DNA of 62,693 nt, filler included, from Basidiobolus ranarum (Eukaryota), in NCBI GenBank assembly GCA_040143965.1. It is 36 parts of 36 records of this genome, joined end to end, with 100 filler letters (N's around TTAATTAATTAA, not from the genome) between each part and the next. Parts side by side here need not be neighbours in the genome. Positions count along the whole stretch, not along the records: positions 22,734 to 24,379 come from JASJQH010004637.1; positions 24,480 to 26,125 come from JASJQH010004638.1; positions 26,226 to 27,871 come from JASJQH010004639.1; positions 27,972 to 29,616 come from JASJQH010004640.1; positions 29,717 to 31,361 come from JASJQH010004641.1; positions 31,462 to 33,106 come from JASJQH010004642.1; positions 33,207 to 34,850 come from JASJQH010004643.1; 29 more parts are not named here. One strand, 5' to 3'. Both the position numbers and the translations under genes were made by a program. Numbering within the stretch: position 1 is the first letter of the stretch; each line of letters opens with the position of its first letter. Positions 22,734-34,950 of the stretch are shown piece after piece. The notes beneath the pieces were generated by a model. The model saw only the letters and a program-made list of their open reading frames with translations, was not told the origin of the DNA and ran no database searches.

Positions 22734-24379
22734 CTTCTTTAGTGATGTCTTCTAGACATCATAGGGCCAGGTTTTTCTGGGTAGGCTTCATGAAACTCCT
22801 GGCAAAGTTCCTTGGAATTGGAAAGATTTGATGCTGGCTCCCATGATTGATCATTTGTTGAGTATCCTTTCCAATCCACCATATTTTGCAACTTACATCA
22901 ATAAATTCTAGAATCTAGGATTTTGCTAACTTCATAATCAGGGTGTTCTTCCACCTGGATTGCTGGGGGTGGGGCAATGGATTGGCCCTGGAAGGTGTTT
23001 CTGGCATGTGGCTCTAAGAGAGACACATGGAATACATTGTGGACTTTGAAATGGCCTGGGAGTTCAAAGCAGAAGGCTACTGAATTGATTTGCTTAATAA
23101 TATAAAAGGCCCTAGTCTTTTATGTTCAAGTTTATCACAAGGTCTAGTGGTTTCAATATTTTTCCAGAGTAGCCAAACATAAGCTCCTGGCTTGAGATCT
23201 GGGCTAAGCTTTCTTTTCTTATCAGCAAAGTTCTTGTACTTGGATTGAGCATGTTCCAACTTGGATATTAACTGTTTATGGATGTCCTTAAGGAAAGTGG
23301 TGTGGTCTGAGGCAGCAGGGCAAGGTAGATTGGATAGTGGGTGAATTGAGAAACAAGGATGGTATCCATAATTTGCAAAGAAAGGAGTTTGCTTTGTAGA
23401 GGTTTGATAAGAGGTGTTGTAAGCAAATTCAGCAAGAGGCAAGAGTTGTGTCCAATTAACCTGATTATAGTTGATAGTGCATTGTAAATATTGTTCCAAT
23501 ACTTGATTAACTCTGTCTGTTTGGCCATCAGATTGGGGATGGAAGGCAGTGGAGAGATTGGCTGACATACCCAAGGTATGGAGGAGGCTTTTCCAGAATT
23601 TGGAAGCAAACTGAGGTCCTTGGTCAGAGATGATAGTTTCAGAGAGTCCATGTATATGGATGATGTTTTGAGTTACCAATTCTGCTGTATATTTTGCATC
23701 AATTGACTTGTTGTAGGGCACAAAGTGAGCCATCTTTGTTAGATGGTCAACAATTACCAGAATTGAATCATATTTGGCAGACATGGGTAGATCAGTTATG
23801 AAATCCAGTGATATGGATTTCCACTGTTGATCAGGAATTGGAAGTGGCTGCAGGAGGCCATAGGGCTGATGTCTTGGAGTCTTCACTCAAGCACAAGTAT
23901 CACAGGTGGAAACATAAGTCTTGACAAATGCAAACATTTTGGGCCACCAATAATCCCTGGATACCAACATATATAATTTGGCAACACCAAAGTGTCCTGC
24001 CAGTGGCTTGTCATGTCTTTCCTGCATGATTTTGAGTCTAGAAGTGTGGTCTGGAATGTAAACTTGCATCTTGTAAAACAAAAGATCATCAATGATAGAG
24101 AAATGGCGGTACAGGTTGAAGCTGGAGAGGTCTTTGGGTGTTTCCTGCTCATTCTTGATTGATATTACCAATGCATCTTCAGATTGGAGTTTGCAGAAGT
24201 CTTCATGGAATGTGCTTGAACTAGGAAGAGAAGGGGCAGTTGCACTAATTTGAAGTTGGTGGGGCTTGAGTAAGGAAGTATTTTGTTGGCCAAAGGCCTC
24301 ATCCCCTTCTTTAGGCTGATATTCTGCTCTACATGATAAGGCATCAGGCTTTCCTTGCTGGCTACCTGGTCAATATGTA
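22734..24379 (-). pseudogene. Ty3/Gypsy chromovirus family 1 integrase and chromodomain
   Basis: HDKPLAGHFG...YWWP...CDTC zinc finger, ISLDFITDLP, SDQGPQF, HPQSDGQT, LGPF, then ILDSR...VDWKGY...SWEPASNL. Confidence 0.96.
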
Positions 24380-24479
24380 NNNNNNNNNNNNNNNNNNNNN
24401 NNNNNNNNNNNNNNNNNNNNNNNTTAATTAATTAANNNNNNNNNNNNNNNNNNNNNNNNNNNNNNNNNNNNNNNNNNNN

Positions 24480-24865
24480 ATCAGCCATTGCAGATCTCCA
24501 AAGTTTTGTGTGAGGGCCATTCAGGGCCTCTCTTACAGTATGGGGTTCAAGTATTTTGGCTGTGCAGGCATAGGCCCAATTTTGGAACTCATTGATATAA
24601 TAATCAGGGCTATTTCTGATCCAATTTGATCTTCTGGTTTGGCATAAAGGTTCTACAACTTCTGGCATTGTATTGCACCCTTCAGTAGGTAAATTTTAGT
24701 TGAAGGGTCCACAGGTATACTATTTTCTTCATTGTTTTGGTTTGAATCAATTTGAATGATTAGATCAGGAGGAAATTGATTTTTGTCACCATCTGAGATC
24801 ATTTTGGGTGAAAATTTTTTATTTTCAATAAACAAAACATCCCTGGATTACCTTGGAAATTTTGG
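24480..24865 (-). pseudogene. Copia integrase-RT linker fragment
   Basis: RDVLFIEN, RRSN.IR.SP, EPHTVREAL...W..AM. Confidence 0.85.
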
Positions 24866-25262
24866 TGTCATGATTCAGATCTTGGCACACTGATCCACTG
24901 CAAATAGAACTCTTCTATTATTAGATTATGACATCATATCTGCTATGCCATCCCTTATTGGCAATCTGGTGTTAGTTCATCCAGATTGCCTTATATGGAA
25001 GTTGTGATCTTTGGAAGATTTCATGATACCTAACCAATCATGTCATCTCACATGTAGTGTATTTCCACCAAGACCTTCCATGGGAGGTCACCTGATCATC
25101 CTTACATCATCCCTCTTTGTATTGGTCCTTGTAGTCCCTAACACCCCACCTCTCAAACTTGCCACAGTATATTCCCTATTCAGTATATTATGTTTCACCT
25201 TTCAATATCTATGTAAGCCCCTTTTATTCCTTGATCAAACCTCAGTCTGATCAATACCAGTT
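24866..25262 (+). repeat. LTR family D, 5' portion
   Basis: Begins TGTCATGATTC as at 29375; its end overlaps the start of 26226-26419 and 38438-38635. Confidence 0.82.
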
Positions 25263-26125
25263 TGTTAAAGTTTATTGTCTTTATCACATTTGTTATCTCT
25301 ATCTTTATATACCTAACTATTTCATATATCACATGGAAGTTAGTTAACATTACTTAGTCAAATAGCACTTAGCTAAAAATCCAAACATTTATTATATACA
25401 TATGCAAATAATGTGAGAATTAGCAATTCCATATTTGAAATTTCAAACTTGTCCAAATTGTCCCAAAGATAGCTCATTTTACTCCCACAGATGTTCTGAA
25501 CACAACCCCAGTGTTAGTTTTCTATATTTCCATCAAAAAGTATAAATGCTTTACTTCTGGACAATAAACAATTATCTCACAAAGCCATTCACAACTCCAC
25601 TTTTCTAAAGTTCCTCCAAACAGCCCATATTTTCCCAATAGGTTATGAGCCTCATGTTCTAACCTTTACAGTATGACAGAAACCAATACTATCACTTTTA
25701 TCAACTCCAGTGTTGAAAAGCTTGATGGAGAAAATTACAATTTCTGGAAGTTGAAGATGCAAATCATGCTGGAAGAAAGGGAGCTTTGTGATGTAGTCTC
25801 TGGAAATGAAAAGGAACCTTCTGACCCTTCTTTACTGGAAGCTTACAAGAAAAGAGACAAGAAGGCCTTTAATGTCATTTGTCAAAGTTTGAAGGATTGA
25901 AAACTTGTGAATATTGAATATGCAAAGACTGCCCATCAAGCTTGGACTATATTGGAGGAATGTTATGTAGCAAAGATTCTGGCTAATAGACTCTTTCTCA
26001 GACAGAAATTCTTTGATACAAAAATGGAAAAGTCTGAAAGCATGGTTACTTATATTGCAAATGTGAGATCTTTGGCAAAACAACTGGAAAATATTGGTGC
26101 AACTTTACAGGAAGAAGATGTCATT
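25263..26125 (+). mobile_element. Copia family A 5' LTR (25263-25640), primer site (25641-25651), gag (from 25673)
   Basis: TGTT...CCCAATA GGTTATGAGCC; gag closely similar to 2002-2460. Confidence 0.92.
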
Positions 26126-26225
26126 NNNNNNNNNNNNNNNNNNNNNNNNNNNNNNNNNNNNNNNNNNNNTTAATTAATTAANNNNNNNNNNNNNNNNNNN
26201 NNNNNNNNNNNNNNNNNNNNNNNNN

Positions 26226-26419
26226 ATCTATATAAGCCCCATGTATTCCTTGATCAGACCTCAGTCTGATCAATGCCAGTTATCAATAAAGATTCTTACC
26301 AAAGTATCTTCCTTGTCCAGTCTTGTCTTGTCTTGTCTTGTGGTCTACACCCAAGTACTCTCCTGCCTTCTAGCCTCTTGTTGTTGTTTCCAGTCCTTGT
26401 CCAGTTCCTTATTGTGACA
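26226..26419 (+). repeat. LTR family D 3' portion (TATA, hairpin, AATAAA, ends TGTGACA)
   Basis: ATCTATATAAG, TTGATCAGAC-CTCA-GTCTGATCAA, AATAAA, (GTCTT)n, TGTGACA. Confidence 0.85.
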
Positions 26420-27326
26420 GAATATGAAAGAGTTACTTGGAGAAATTAGAGATGTGTTTCAGGGTACAGGCAAAGCATTAATTCAAGCTGCTATTTGAAA
26501 GTCAAGCTATTCAGGTATGACAAGATATCAATACATTGTGGCATGGCAAAGCTAATAGCTCCTTAAGGAAGGTCAACAGCGGTATGAATTGGTTGATTAT
26601 ATCAGTAGTCTAATCAATCCGATCTAAGGGTTGCCTGATTATATTAAGAGCCAATTGATCAAGTCTGATTGTAGTGCAAGATGGGACACAAGATTGCAAT
26701 GTAAACCCATACCCTATTGCAAAAAAATATGGTTTGTGGGAGGAGATTTTAAGAAATAGTGTTTGAAAATTTAAGAAATGAATACAAATTATCAAGAAAT
26801 GAAGTATTTTTGGTTTTTGGAGCAATTATAGAGACAAAAATTTGCTTGTGTTGAGAATATCCCTGAGAGTAAGACTACTCAACCTAGGATCAACTTAGAG
26901 GACCTTGGCATTTCAAGTCCAATCGGTATACATTTGAATAATTCAGATATAAGAAGATTATATGTATACTTAAGTGATCTTTGACTAATTATATATAAAT
27001 ATTGTGAACCAGCTTAGATATAATATAAGAAATAAACAGATGCATAAACAGGCGGATAACAAATACAATAGAGGTACTAACCTTCAACAGTTTTATCGCT
27101 ATTCAAGGCTAAGCTACAGTATCTTTGGGGAGGAGAGTAAATTTGAGAGATATTTATTAATGCTTCATACTTAAAATAGAGTAATTAACAGCTGAGAGAT
27201 ACATATTGGTAATCAAGGAATAGGAAAAGTAATAGCACCAACAGGAAATGCTGAGTAATTTGCATGTTCATTATGTTGGCTAACTCGGCAGGAATATCGT
27301 TGTAGTTCTTTGAACGTGTGTGGGCC

Positions 27327-27869
27327 TCATAGTAGGCAAAGCGATATTACCGAACCAAGAAGGTTAGCTCTCAAGTTGATTAACCTATTACAAGCAGTTG
27401 GTGCTGCAGGCGGACTTGAAGCTGTGGTGCTACCAGAAGGAGAGACTACAGCTAGGCTATTTGTCGGCTTTGGGGCATCACTAATTGTGGATTCTAGAGA
27501 GCTTGTAGCAGATGGTTCATTCCCTCGAACATTTGTAGTGGTTAATTCGTTCTCTGGGGCAGTACTATCTCTCGTGGGTGTTGGATTGCCGCTAGGATCT
27601 GAAGTTCTACTCCGACTAAGTACTGAGTCTGAAGCTCTATCTCTCTGTTGATTAGATTTATCATCATTACCAGTATCTCCATCACGCCCACTAACATTGC
27701 GATCAGTAGGATTCGTGTTCTGGTCCTCATTGCCTATGGATCTATGAAAATCATCGTCTGTCGCATATTGCGGCAGATGTTGAGGCTTTGTTCGGCCGTC
27801 AGTGGATGAGTTATCCAGGTCATTTTTTTCTTGGGTTTCAAGTGACTCCCTGAATGACTGAGAAGTGTC
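27327..27869 (-). CDS. 3' part of a Ser/Thr/Asp-rich disordered protein with a hydrophobic, Cys-flanked C-terminus
   Basis: 180-codon frame open from the contig edge: DTSQSFRES...SSPPAAPTACNRLINLRANLLGSVISLCLL*. Confidence 0.65.
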   Translation of the reverse strand, partial: DTSQSFRESLETQEKNDLDNSSTDGRTKPQHLPQYATDDDFHRSIGNEDQNTNPTDRNVSGRDGDTGNDDKSNQQRDRASDSVLSRSRTSDPSGNPTPTRDSTAPENELTTTNVRGNEPSATSSLESTISDAPKPTNSLAVVSPSGSTTASSPPAAPTACNRLINLRANLLGSVISLCLL

Positions 27870-27971
27870 CGNNNNNNNNNNNNNNNNNNNNNNNNNNNNN
27901 NNNNNNNNNNNNNNNTTAATTAATTAANNNNNNNNNNNNNNNNNNNNNNNNNNNNNNNNNNNNNNNNNNNN

Positions 27972-28044
27972 AGATTGCACCAGAGGGTGTGTTAGCAGGT
28001 GGGAATGAGCAGCAAAATCTGACCTGGTCCAATGGAACAAGTCT
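27972..28044. mobile_element. Terminal fragment of the DDE_Tnp_4 element family
   Basis: Ends AATGGAACAAGTCT; shares CCAGAGGGTG with 39970-40079. Confidence 0.5.
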
Positions 28045-28139
28045 CATGTTCTGAGACTCTGTTTTACTGCAGAGTGTAAGCTACAGTAATTTATTGCTTA
28101 ATTCCAGGTTAAGAAAAAAAACTAGCAAAGTCTTTAGAG

Positions 28140-29210
28140 CAGTATTCTGCACCATTTTCACTACTTAACAAAGTAGAATTGATTTCTCCAGAGCTTGAAA
28201 ATGGCTGTCCTATATGCAACCTTCACACAGATCAAATTAAGTGATATTTTCAATTTTAGGCCTAAAACAAGCTGATTTTGGATAATTTGGGTTAGTTTTG
28301 GTTCCTCAATGTGGCCCAATTTTCTATGCCACCTTTGATAGATTATTTCATTGTTTTGGCTAAGCTTGCATGCTCAGAATGCCATTTGTAGATTTTTAGC
28401 TTATACAAGTTTTGAGTTTTGACCCCAGTAGCAAATTTGGTATTGTTCTGATCTTTGTTAGTGCATCCAACCTTGCTGAACATGAAAGTTAGGCCTTGAG
28501 TGGTTTTCTGGGTTACAGAGAGTAAATTCTTGGCTACACTTGGAACATATAGTACAACATATAATTTTGCAGATGGTGTGGCTAAATTTTGGTATAAATT
28601 GAGCACAGCTGCGCCCTTACCAACTGCATCTAGTGCAAGTCATCACCTAAGTAGACTATCCTTGTTTGGATTGGTTTTAGCTAGAAATCAGTGCTTACTT
28701 GTTTTGCTTGCTCCAATTTTAGCTTTTAAGCCAAAATCCTTTTTCTGCAATCTGTGATTAAAGGGCCTGGTTTCTTACAATACTTGCAGATGACTAATTT
28801 CCTATTAGAGGCACCATTTTTGAAGCCTGTTGGACAGTTTACAGCTCCAAAAATTGCCTGTTATGCATTATTTTGCTGAGAATTATATCTCCTTAATTCC
28901 TCATTCAAAAGCCTAGCACCTACATATTCCATTGTGAGTGGCTCTGCTCTTGTTTCTAGGGCAAATATGAGGTTCCCAAACTCATCTGGCAGGCTTGCAA
29001 ATAGTGCCATGACTAATTCATCTCTGTTTAGAGGTGGCGCAATATACAAGAGCTGATCTGCAATATTTTTTATCCCACTTGTACAATTAAGCATTGAATC
29101 ATTGGAACACATCTGCATTGAGAGTAATTTTCACCTAAGTTATAGCCTATTAGCCAGACCTGTAGTCTCATAGAGTCCCTCAAGTGTTTCCAAAGCATTT
29201 TGGATGCTTT
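28140..29210 (-). pseudogene. Copia gag-pol remnant with internal deletions
   Basis: SLPDEFGNLIFALETR, CKYCKKPG, VLYVPSVAKNLLSV, WHR.LGH. Confidence 0.85.
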
Positions 29211-29374
29211 TGAATAAATATTTAGAAAAAAGATTACCTTCTATGTAAGGGTGGTGTTTTAGGTATAGCCCATCAATATCATGAGATGATTTGGAGATGG
29301 TGTCTCAAATGAGTCAACAGGGGATTTCAAGATATTTCTGATTATGGACAGCAATTTTGGTGTATTAAAAGCCC

Positions 29375-29616
29375 TGTCATGATTCTGATCTTGGCATACT
29401 GATCCACTACAAATAGAACTTCTCTTTTATTAGATTATGACATCATATCTGCTGTGCCATCCCTTCTTGGCAATCTGGTGTCAGTTCATCCAGATTACCT
29501 TTATGGAAATCATGTTCTTTGGAACATTCCATGAAGCCTAACCAATCATGTCATCCCACACATAGTGTATTTCCACCAAGACCTTCCATGGAAGGTCACC
29601 TGATCATCCTTACATC
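29375..29616 (+). repeat. LTR family D 5' portion inserted in the CACTA-like intergenic segment (about 29215-29374)
   Basis: Matches 24866-25110; left flank matches 39600-39750. Confidence 0.8.
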
Positions 29617-29716
29617 NNNNNNNNNNNNNNNNNNNNNNNNNNNNNNNNNNNNNNNNNNNNTTAATTAATTAANNNNNNNNNNNNNNNNNNNNNNNNNNNN
29701 NNNNNNNNNNNNNNNN

Positions 29717-29995
29717 GTGTTTTGCAGTGTTTGGGTGACTTTTTGCTTGCCTTTGAGTTTGAGGATAATTTTGACACTTTGAAAGATACCAGCTGAGGTT
29801 GGACAGCCATGAGTTTTATTTCCTGATTTTTTGGCTTGTTAAGAGGTTCCAGGTATTGAATAAAGCCCAACTTTTGACTTTTGATTTGATGGTTTCCTAT
29901 TAGATTTCTACTTTCACATGCCCTAGCAGTTTTAGGTTGCTGTGTAGGCTGGATGGTCCAACACATATTCTGCTCCACAAGACTGTCATGGTGAT
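29717..29995 (-). mobile_element. CACTA-like ORF2 fragment with internal deletion
   Basis: Matches 11215-11365 joined to 11830-11930. Confidence 0.7.
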
Positions 29996-29999
29996 GTTC

Positions 30000-31361
30000 A
30001 TATATGTGGTACTGGATTGATTGACATCAAGTATTTGATAAAGTTGGGTTTATCTCTCTTGATTTGGATTTCAAGAAAATAACTTATTTCACCAATATCA
30101 ATCATCTGAAATTGGATTGATGAGTTTCTTTTTGTCTGATTAAGAGCTTCTAGATCATTTTTAGCTATGATCAAGCCATGCACATGTAGTGCCAAGTTGA
30201 GATCCTATTTCCGGTTGTTTTGATATTCATACTGTAATCTGCTGTGCATTTTTGGAATTCCATTGATTCCAAATAGGTATCTATCTTGTTGTACCATGCC
30301 TTGGGTGCTTGCTTGATTCCATATAGCAATTTTTGCAATTTACTTACCATATCAGGATGTTTTGTGTTAACAAATTCATCTGGTTGCTCCATATAGATCA
30401 CTTCTTATAGAATTCCAATCAGAAAGGCTGTTTTTACATCCATGTGATGTGAATCAACATTTTGTATGGCTGAGAGTGCCAAGATTGATCTAACAGAGCC
30501 AATCTTAGCTACTGGAGCAAAAGCTTCTATAAAAGTAACTCCAGGAGTCTGGGAATATCCTTTTTCAACTAATCTTGCTTTGTACCTTTCTAAGGTTCCA
30601 TCAGCTTGGTTTTTGACTTTGTAGACCTACTTGCAACCTATTGGCTTTCTCCCTTATGGTAGAGGACTTAAAACCACATTTTATTGTCCTGAAGTGAAGA
30701 AAACTCATTCAATATTGCTTTTTCCCATAATTTTGACTCTGGACACTCCAGAGCTTGATCTGGAGTGTGTAGCTTCACATAGAATGTTGCACAAGCATAT
30801 ACAACATCATTAGAAGTGTTCCACCAGTTTCTTGGCCTATTTCTGCTTCTGGATTATCTTCTGGGTCCTGCATCAACTTCTGATGTAATTGAGACTGGAA
30901 TTTAAGTTGAATAGGTCTCAGATATAGCAGGAATTTAGTCAGAAACTTCCTGTATAGTGCTGATTGCGTTTTCTGGATCAAAACTGTGATTTGAGGTGAA
31001 TAATTTGCTTTTTCATCAAAATCCCGTCTTTGCACTGATCAACTTCAGATTTTTGGTACCAGACAGTTGGTAGGCCTTAGATCCATCATAGTAATTAAGA
31101 AATAAGCATTTTCTGCTTTTGGGTTCCAATTTAAAGCATTTTTGAGCTGGAATTAGGCAATATGCTGTGCAACCAAAGATACTGAGATGATCCACACTGG
31201 GTTTTGATCTATTTAGGGCCTCAAATGGAGTAGAATATGGTAGCAATTTTGTTGCACATCTGTTTTTGATATTGACTGCAGTGGAGCCAGATTCAGCCCA
31301 ATATAGGTAATCTAACTTTTGGTCATGTAACACTGATCTTGCCATCTTCACTATGGTCCTA
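30000..31361 (-). pseudogene. Copia integrase-RT, decayed
   Basis: MARS.L...YWAE..TAV.IKNR, FGC.AY, KLEPKSRKC.F, RYKARLV.KGYSQ, MDVKTAFL, YG.KQAP.AW. Confidence 0.93.
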
Positions 31362-31461
31362 NNNNNNNNNNNNNNNNNNNNNNNNNNNNNNNNNNNNNNN
31401 NNNNNTTAATTAATTAANNNNNNNNNNNNNNNNNNNNNNNNNNNNNNNNNNNNNNNNNNNN

Positions 31462-32983
31462 CTTTTGCAATGCTTAGAGATTATAGGCCCTTGCTATATA
31501 TTCTGGGGGTTCCCAATGGAGCACACCTGTGGTGAAATGATGCTCTGTGTGAAATCATCAGTATTACCTTATGCTAATCTGATTAACAATGTATCAGCAA
31601 AATCAGTGATGGATGTAATGCAATGGGTTAAGGAGACTCCAGAGTATATTAACCTGCCAACAAAGGGCTCTTTTCATTGTGCTCATGGGTTTTTGCATAG
31701 TTTGAGCACAATAACAGCAACAAAGCCCAATCCATGGACACAGAGTAAATACCTCTATAATTGGACTATTTTGCTTGTGTGATAATCTGAAGGTATTTTT
31801 AGGCAAGCTGCAGGATAGACTTCTTGGTGAGAAAGATCAAGCTACACAGTATTATTGTTTTAGCCATGGGGTAATCTATTCAAGCAATGACACAACTACT
31901 TGTGGAAGGACATTTGTTGACTGCAAGTTGGGGATATATTGGCTGAATTCTTTACGGAATTTTGCCAAAATCCAGGAGCTTATTCACATTGTGAATAGTT
32001 ACAAGAGTCAGCTATTTGCCAAGTGTCAGTTCTATTCAAAATTTCAGATGTTTAGCAATTTCTCTAACATTAGTTTGCTGTTAAAGAATATTGTTGTTGT
32101 TGAGTTATGTCTAATCAGTCAAGTATGTGCATATGTAGAGTCCAAACACAACAAAATTCTTGTATTTTATGACTCTCAATATGGCTGGAATACAAAGCCT
32201 AAAATATCTCAATAAAGGCATGTATATTAATTCAAATCCCTACAGCAGTAAACCCAGTAATTTGCCATTCAAAAATTATATTTTTTTGAAAATTGCCAGA
32301 TATTCAATAATGCATGCCAAATTTGAGGATCAATGTTTTAACATGTATGAATACCGTCAAAATACCATCAAGAAACCACCATCACACCATCAAAATCCCT
32401 GGCAGAATGCAAGCCACCAATATTGAGATGGTTCTCTGATGATTTTGCTTCTTTGGAAGGTGGATTGGATTTGGATCAAATTGATTTTATTTTTGTTGGG
32501 GTAACATTTTGGAAACTGTGTGGAATCTTGCCCAAAATCACCTGGATTTGAGACAATTGTGGAAAAACCAAAAACCAGGTGTTACTCTGAAGGTTCTTGA
32601 CTTATTTCATGTGGCTTATCCTGGGTTTTTGCAAGCAAATGGCAATTGGGCTAGTATAGACCTATTTATGAAACATCTCCAAAATATACGCAATTATTGA
32701 CTTGCAAAAGAAAAAAAAGCAGCTAAAGAAGTACTGAAGGAGCAGGAAGTTAGGAAACTCAAGGGAAAAGCAAAGGAGCCAGTGAGTTTAGGCTCTACTG
32801 TCCCACTTACCAAATTGTTCACACCATTACAAAGATCTGCATTCTCAGAGTCAGATATATTGGAAAAAAGCATAATTTCACCTTGGAACCAGGTAAACCA
32901 GTTAGAAGAGTGCTAAATTTGGAAGTTCATCCAACACCTGGCACCTCTGAACAAGCCAAAACACCAGTAAATGAAACTCACAG
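31462..32983 (+). mobile_element. CACTA-like transposase C-terminus and right terminus (to 32501) abutting ORF2 of another copy
   Basis: Aligns with 21065-22098 up to ATTTTTGTTGGGG, then switches to ORF2 sequence. Confidence 0.82.
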
Positions 32984-33206
32984 TGTAGTTGTTTTAGGGT
33001 GTAAGCAGCAACTATAACTGCAATATCATCTGGGGTTTTGTGAGGTTTCCAACGGGTGCAATAACTATGGTTGAATAAATCTGGGATGTACTGTAATATG
33101 GGTCTANNNNNNNNNNNNNNNNNNNNNNNNNNNNNNNNNNNNNNNNNNNNTTAATTAATTAANNNNNNNNNNNNNNNNNNNNNNNNNNNNNNNNNNNNNN
33201 NNNNNN

Positions 33207-34070
33207 GCATTGGGCTTTGTTGCTGTTATTGTTTTCAAACAATGCAAAAACCCATGAGCAAATTGAAAAGTGCCCTCTGTTGGAAGGTTAATTTACTCTG
33301 GAGTCTCCTTAACCCACTGCATTACACCCATCACTGATTTTGCTAATACATTATTAATCAGGTTAGCGTATGGTAATACTGACAATTTCACATGGAGCAT
33401 CATTTCACCACAGGTGTGCTCTATTGGGAGCTCCCAGGCTATATAGCAAGGGCCTATAATCTCTAAGAAATGAGAGAGATGCCACAGGGAATGTATTGAA
33501 TACCAGCATAAATTCAGTCTAGCATCTTCAAACCTGTAATAAAGTTTTTCATATCCAATTTCAAAATCTTTGCACAGTTGCCATATCTGCCTGAGATATG
33601 CCAATGTGAGTTGATGCCATAAGAGTATACTAACAATATCCATAAACAATTCCCAATGTTGCCAATACTTAATAGGCAGCAATCTTTTCAAAATGCCACT
33701 TGAATATATACAAATTCAACACTTCCAGTCTCTGCATTTGACTAAATGCCTGGATGAGTGGGTAATGATGGGAGTCCTGTAAAATATGATGGTATTTTGA
33801 TGTTTCAAGTATTTTCACAATTGATTCAAACTTTGATCCTTTCTCATATGGCTCATTCATATTGAATTTTCCACTACATAGCTGAGTAAGTAGTAGCAGA
33901 ATGTTATTGAATAGTAAGTACATAGTTCCTAATGGGAAGCTCTGGCTCCAGCTGATCCCCTTTAGCAATATAAGCTTAGGCTTATGGCTAATACCAAGTT
34001 TGATGTTGGACTGACTATTTGGTGAATTGATATCTACAATCATGTTAAAATCTGATAAGGCTCTTGATGG
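33207..34070 (-). mobile_element. CACTA-like transposase middle and C-terminal fragment
   Basis: FPLGTMxLLFNN, YWQHW, IHSLxH...GPCY..WE.P.E. Confidence 0.85.
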
Positions 34071-34542
34071 TGTAGTGTAGATAGGGATGTTAACTTAAAT
34101 ATTCAGTAATAAAGCCTAATCCCACTAAAAATCTCCCACAAAGCTGAATATTTCATACTGGAAGCTTAAAAATATTGATAGGAGATATATTCTTCACTCT
34201 ATCTTGTAGTGGTAAAGACACACTTTAGTATATCCATAGCTTGAAGACTTTAAAGAAAAGATTATTTCTGATATTTGAACTATCAAGAATCCTTAATACA
34301 ACAAGGGTAGATAAATCCCTGGTGGTTTCTCTAACTTGATGTCAGAAGACAAAGATGTAGTCCTTTTGAGATTAGCAAAGACCTTGATTGAGATTTAGAT
34401 ATATTCTATGGCTGTAAAAGTGAAGTCACTACAAAAGAATCTTAACTGCAATCTTCCATAGTCATGCCTAGTTGAGTTGCAGCAGGAATCTCTATTATCT
34501 TACTATGATACAGGGTAAAATATCTAGTTAAGGAAAGGATAA

Positions 34543-34660
34543 TGTCACAGTAAGGTACTGGACAAGGACTGGAAACAATGACAAGAGGCTAGAAGGCAGG
34601 ATAGTACTTGGGTGTAGACCAAAAGACAAGACAAGACAAGACTGGACAAGGAAGATACTT
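34543..34660 (-). repeat. LTR family D 3' end, reverse
   Basis: TGTCACAGTAAGGTACTGGACAAGG is the reverse complement of the family D end. Confidence 0.82.
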
Positions 34661-34950
34661 TCTTGATTGTCACTTTGTTTAGATTAGTATTTAAGCTAAA
34701 TAAAGTCTACACCATCTGGTGCTTTTCATCCCCCCTACCCTTTTGCTAAGTAACCAAGTGCTTAAGCAAGAGAACCAGGAGCTGTCAACCAGATGTCAGA
34801 ACATTGAAAAGATGCTGAAAAGTCAGGAGAGAAGATATGAACACCTACCANNNNNNNNNNNNNNNNNNNNNNNNNNNNNNNNNNNNNNNNNNNNTTAATT
34901 AATTAANNNNNNNNNNNNNNNNNNNNNNNNNNNNNNNNNNNNNNNNNNNN

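Noticed and set aside
34700-34740. TGGTGCTTTTCAT as a retroelement primer site
   Set aside because: Single occurrence with no clear LTR boundary or matching gag.
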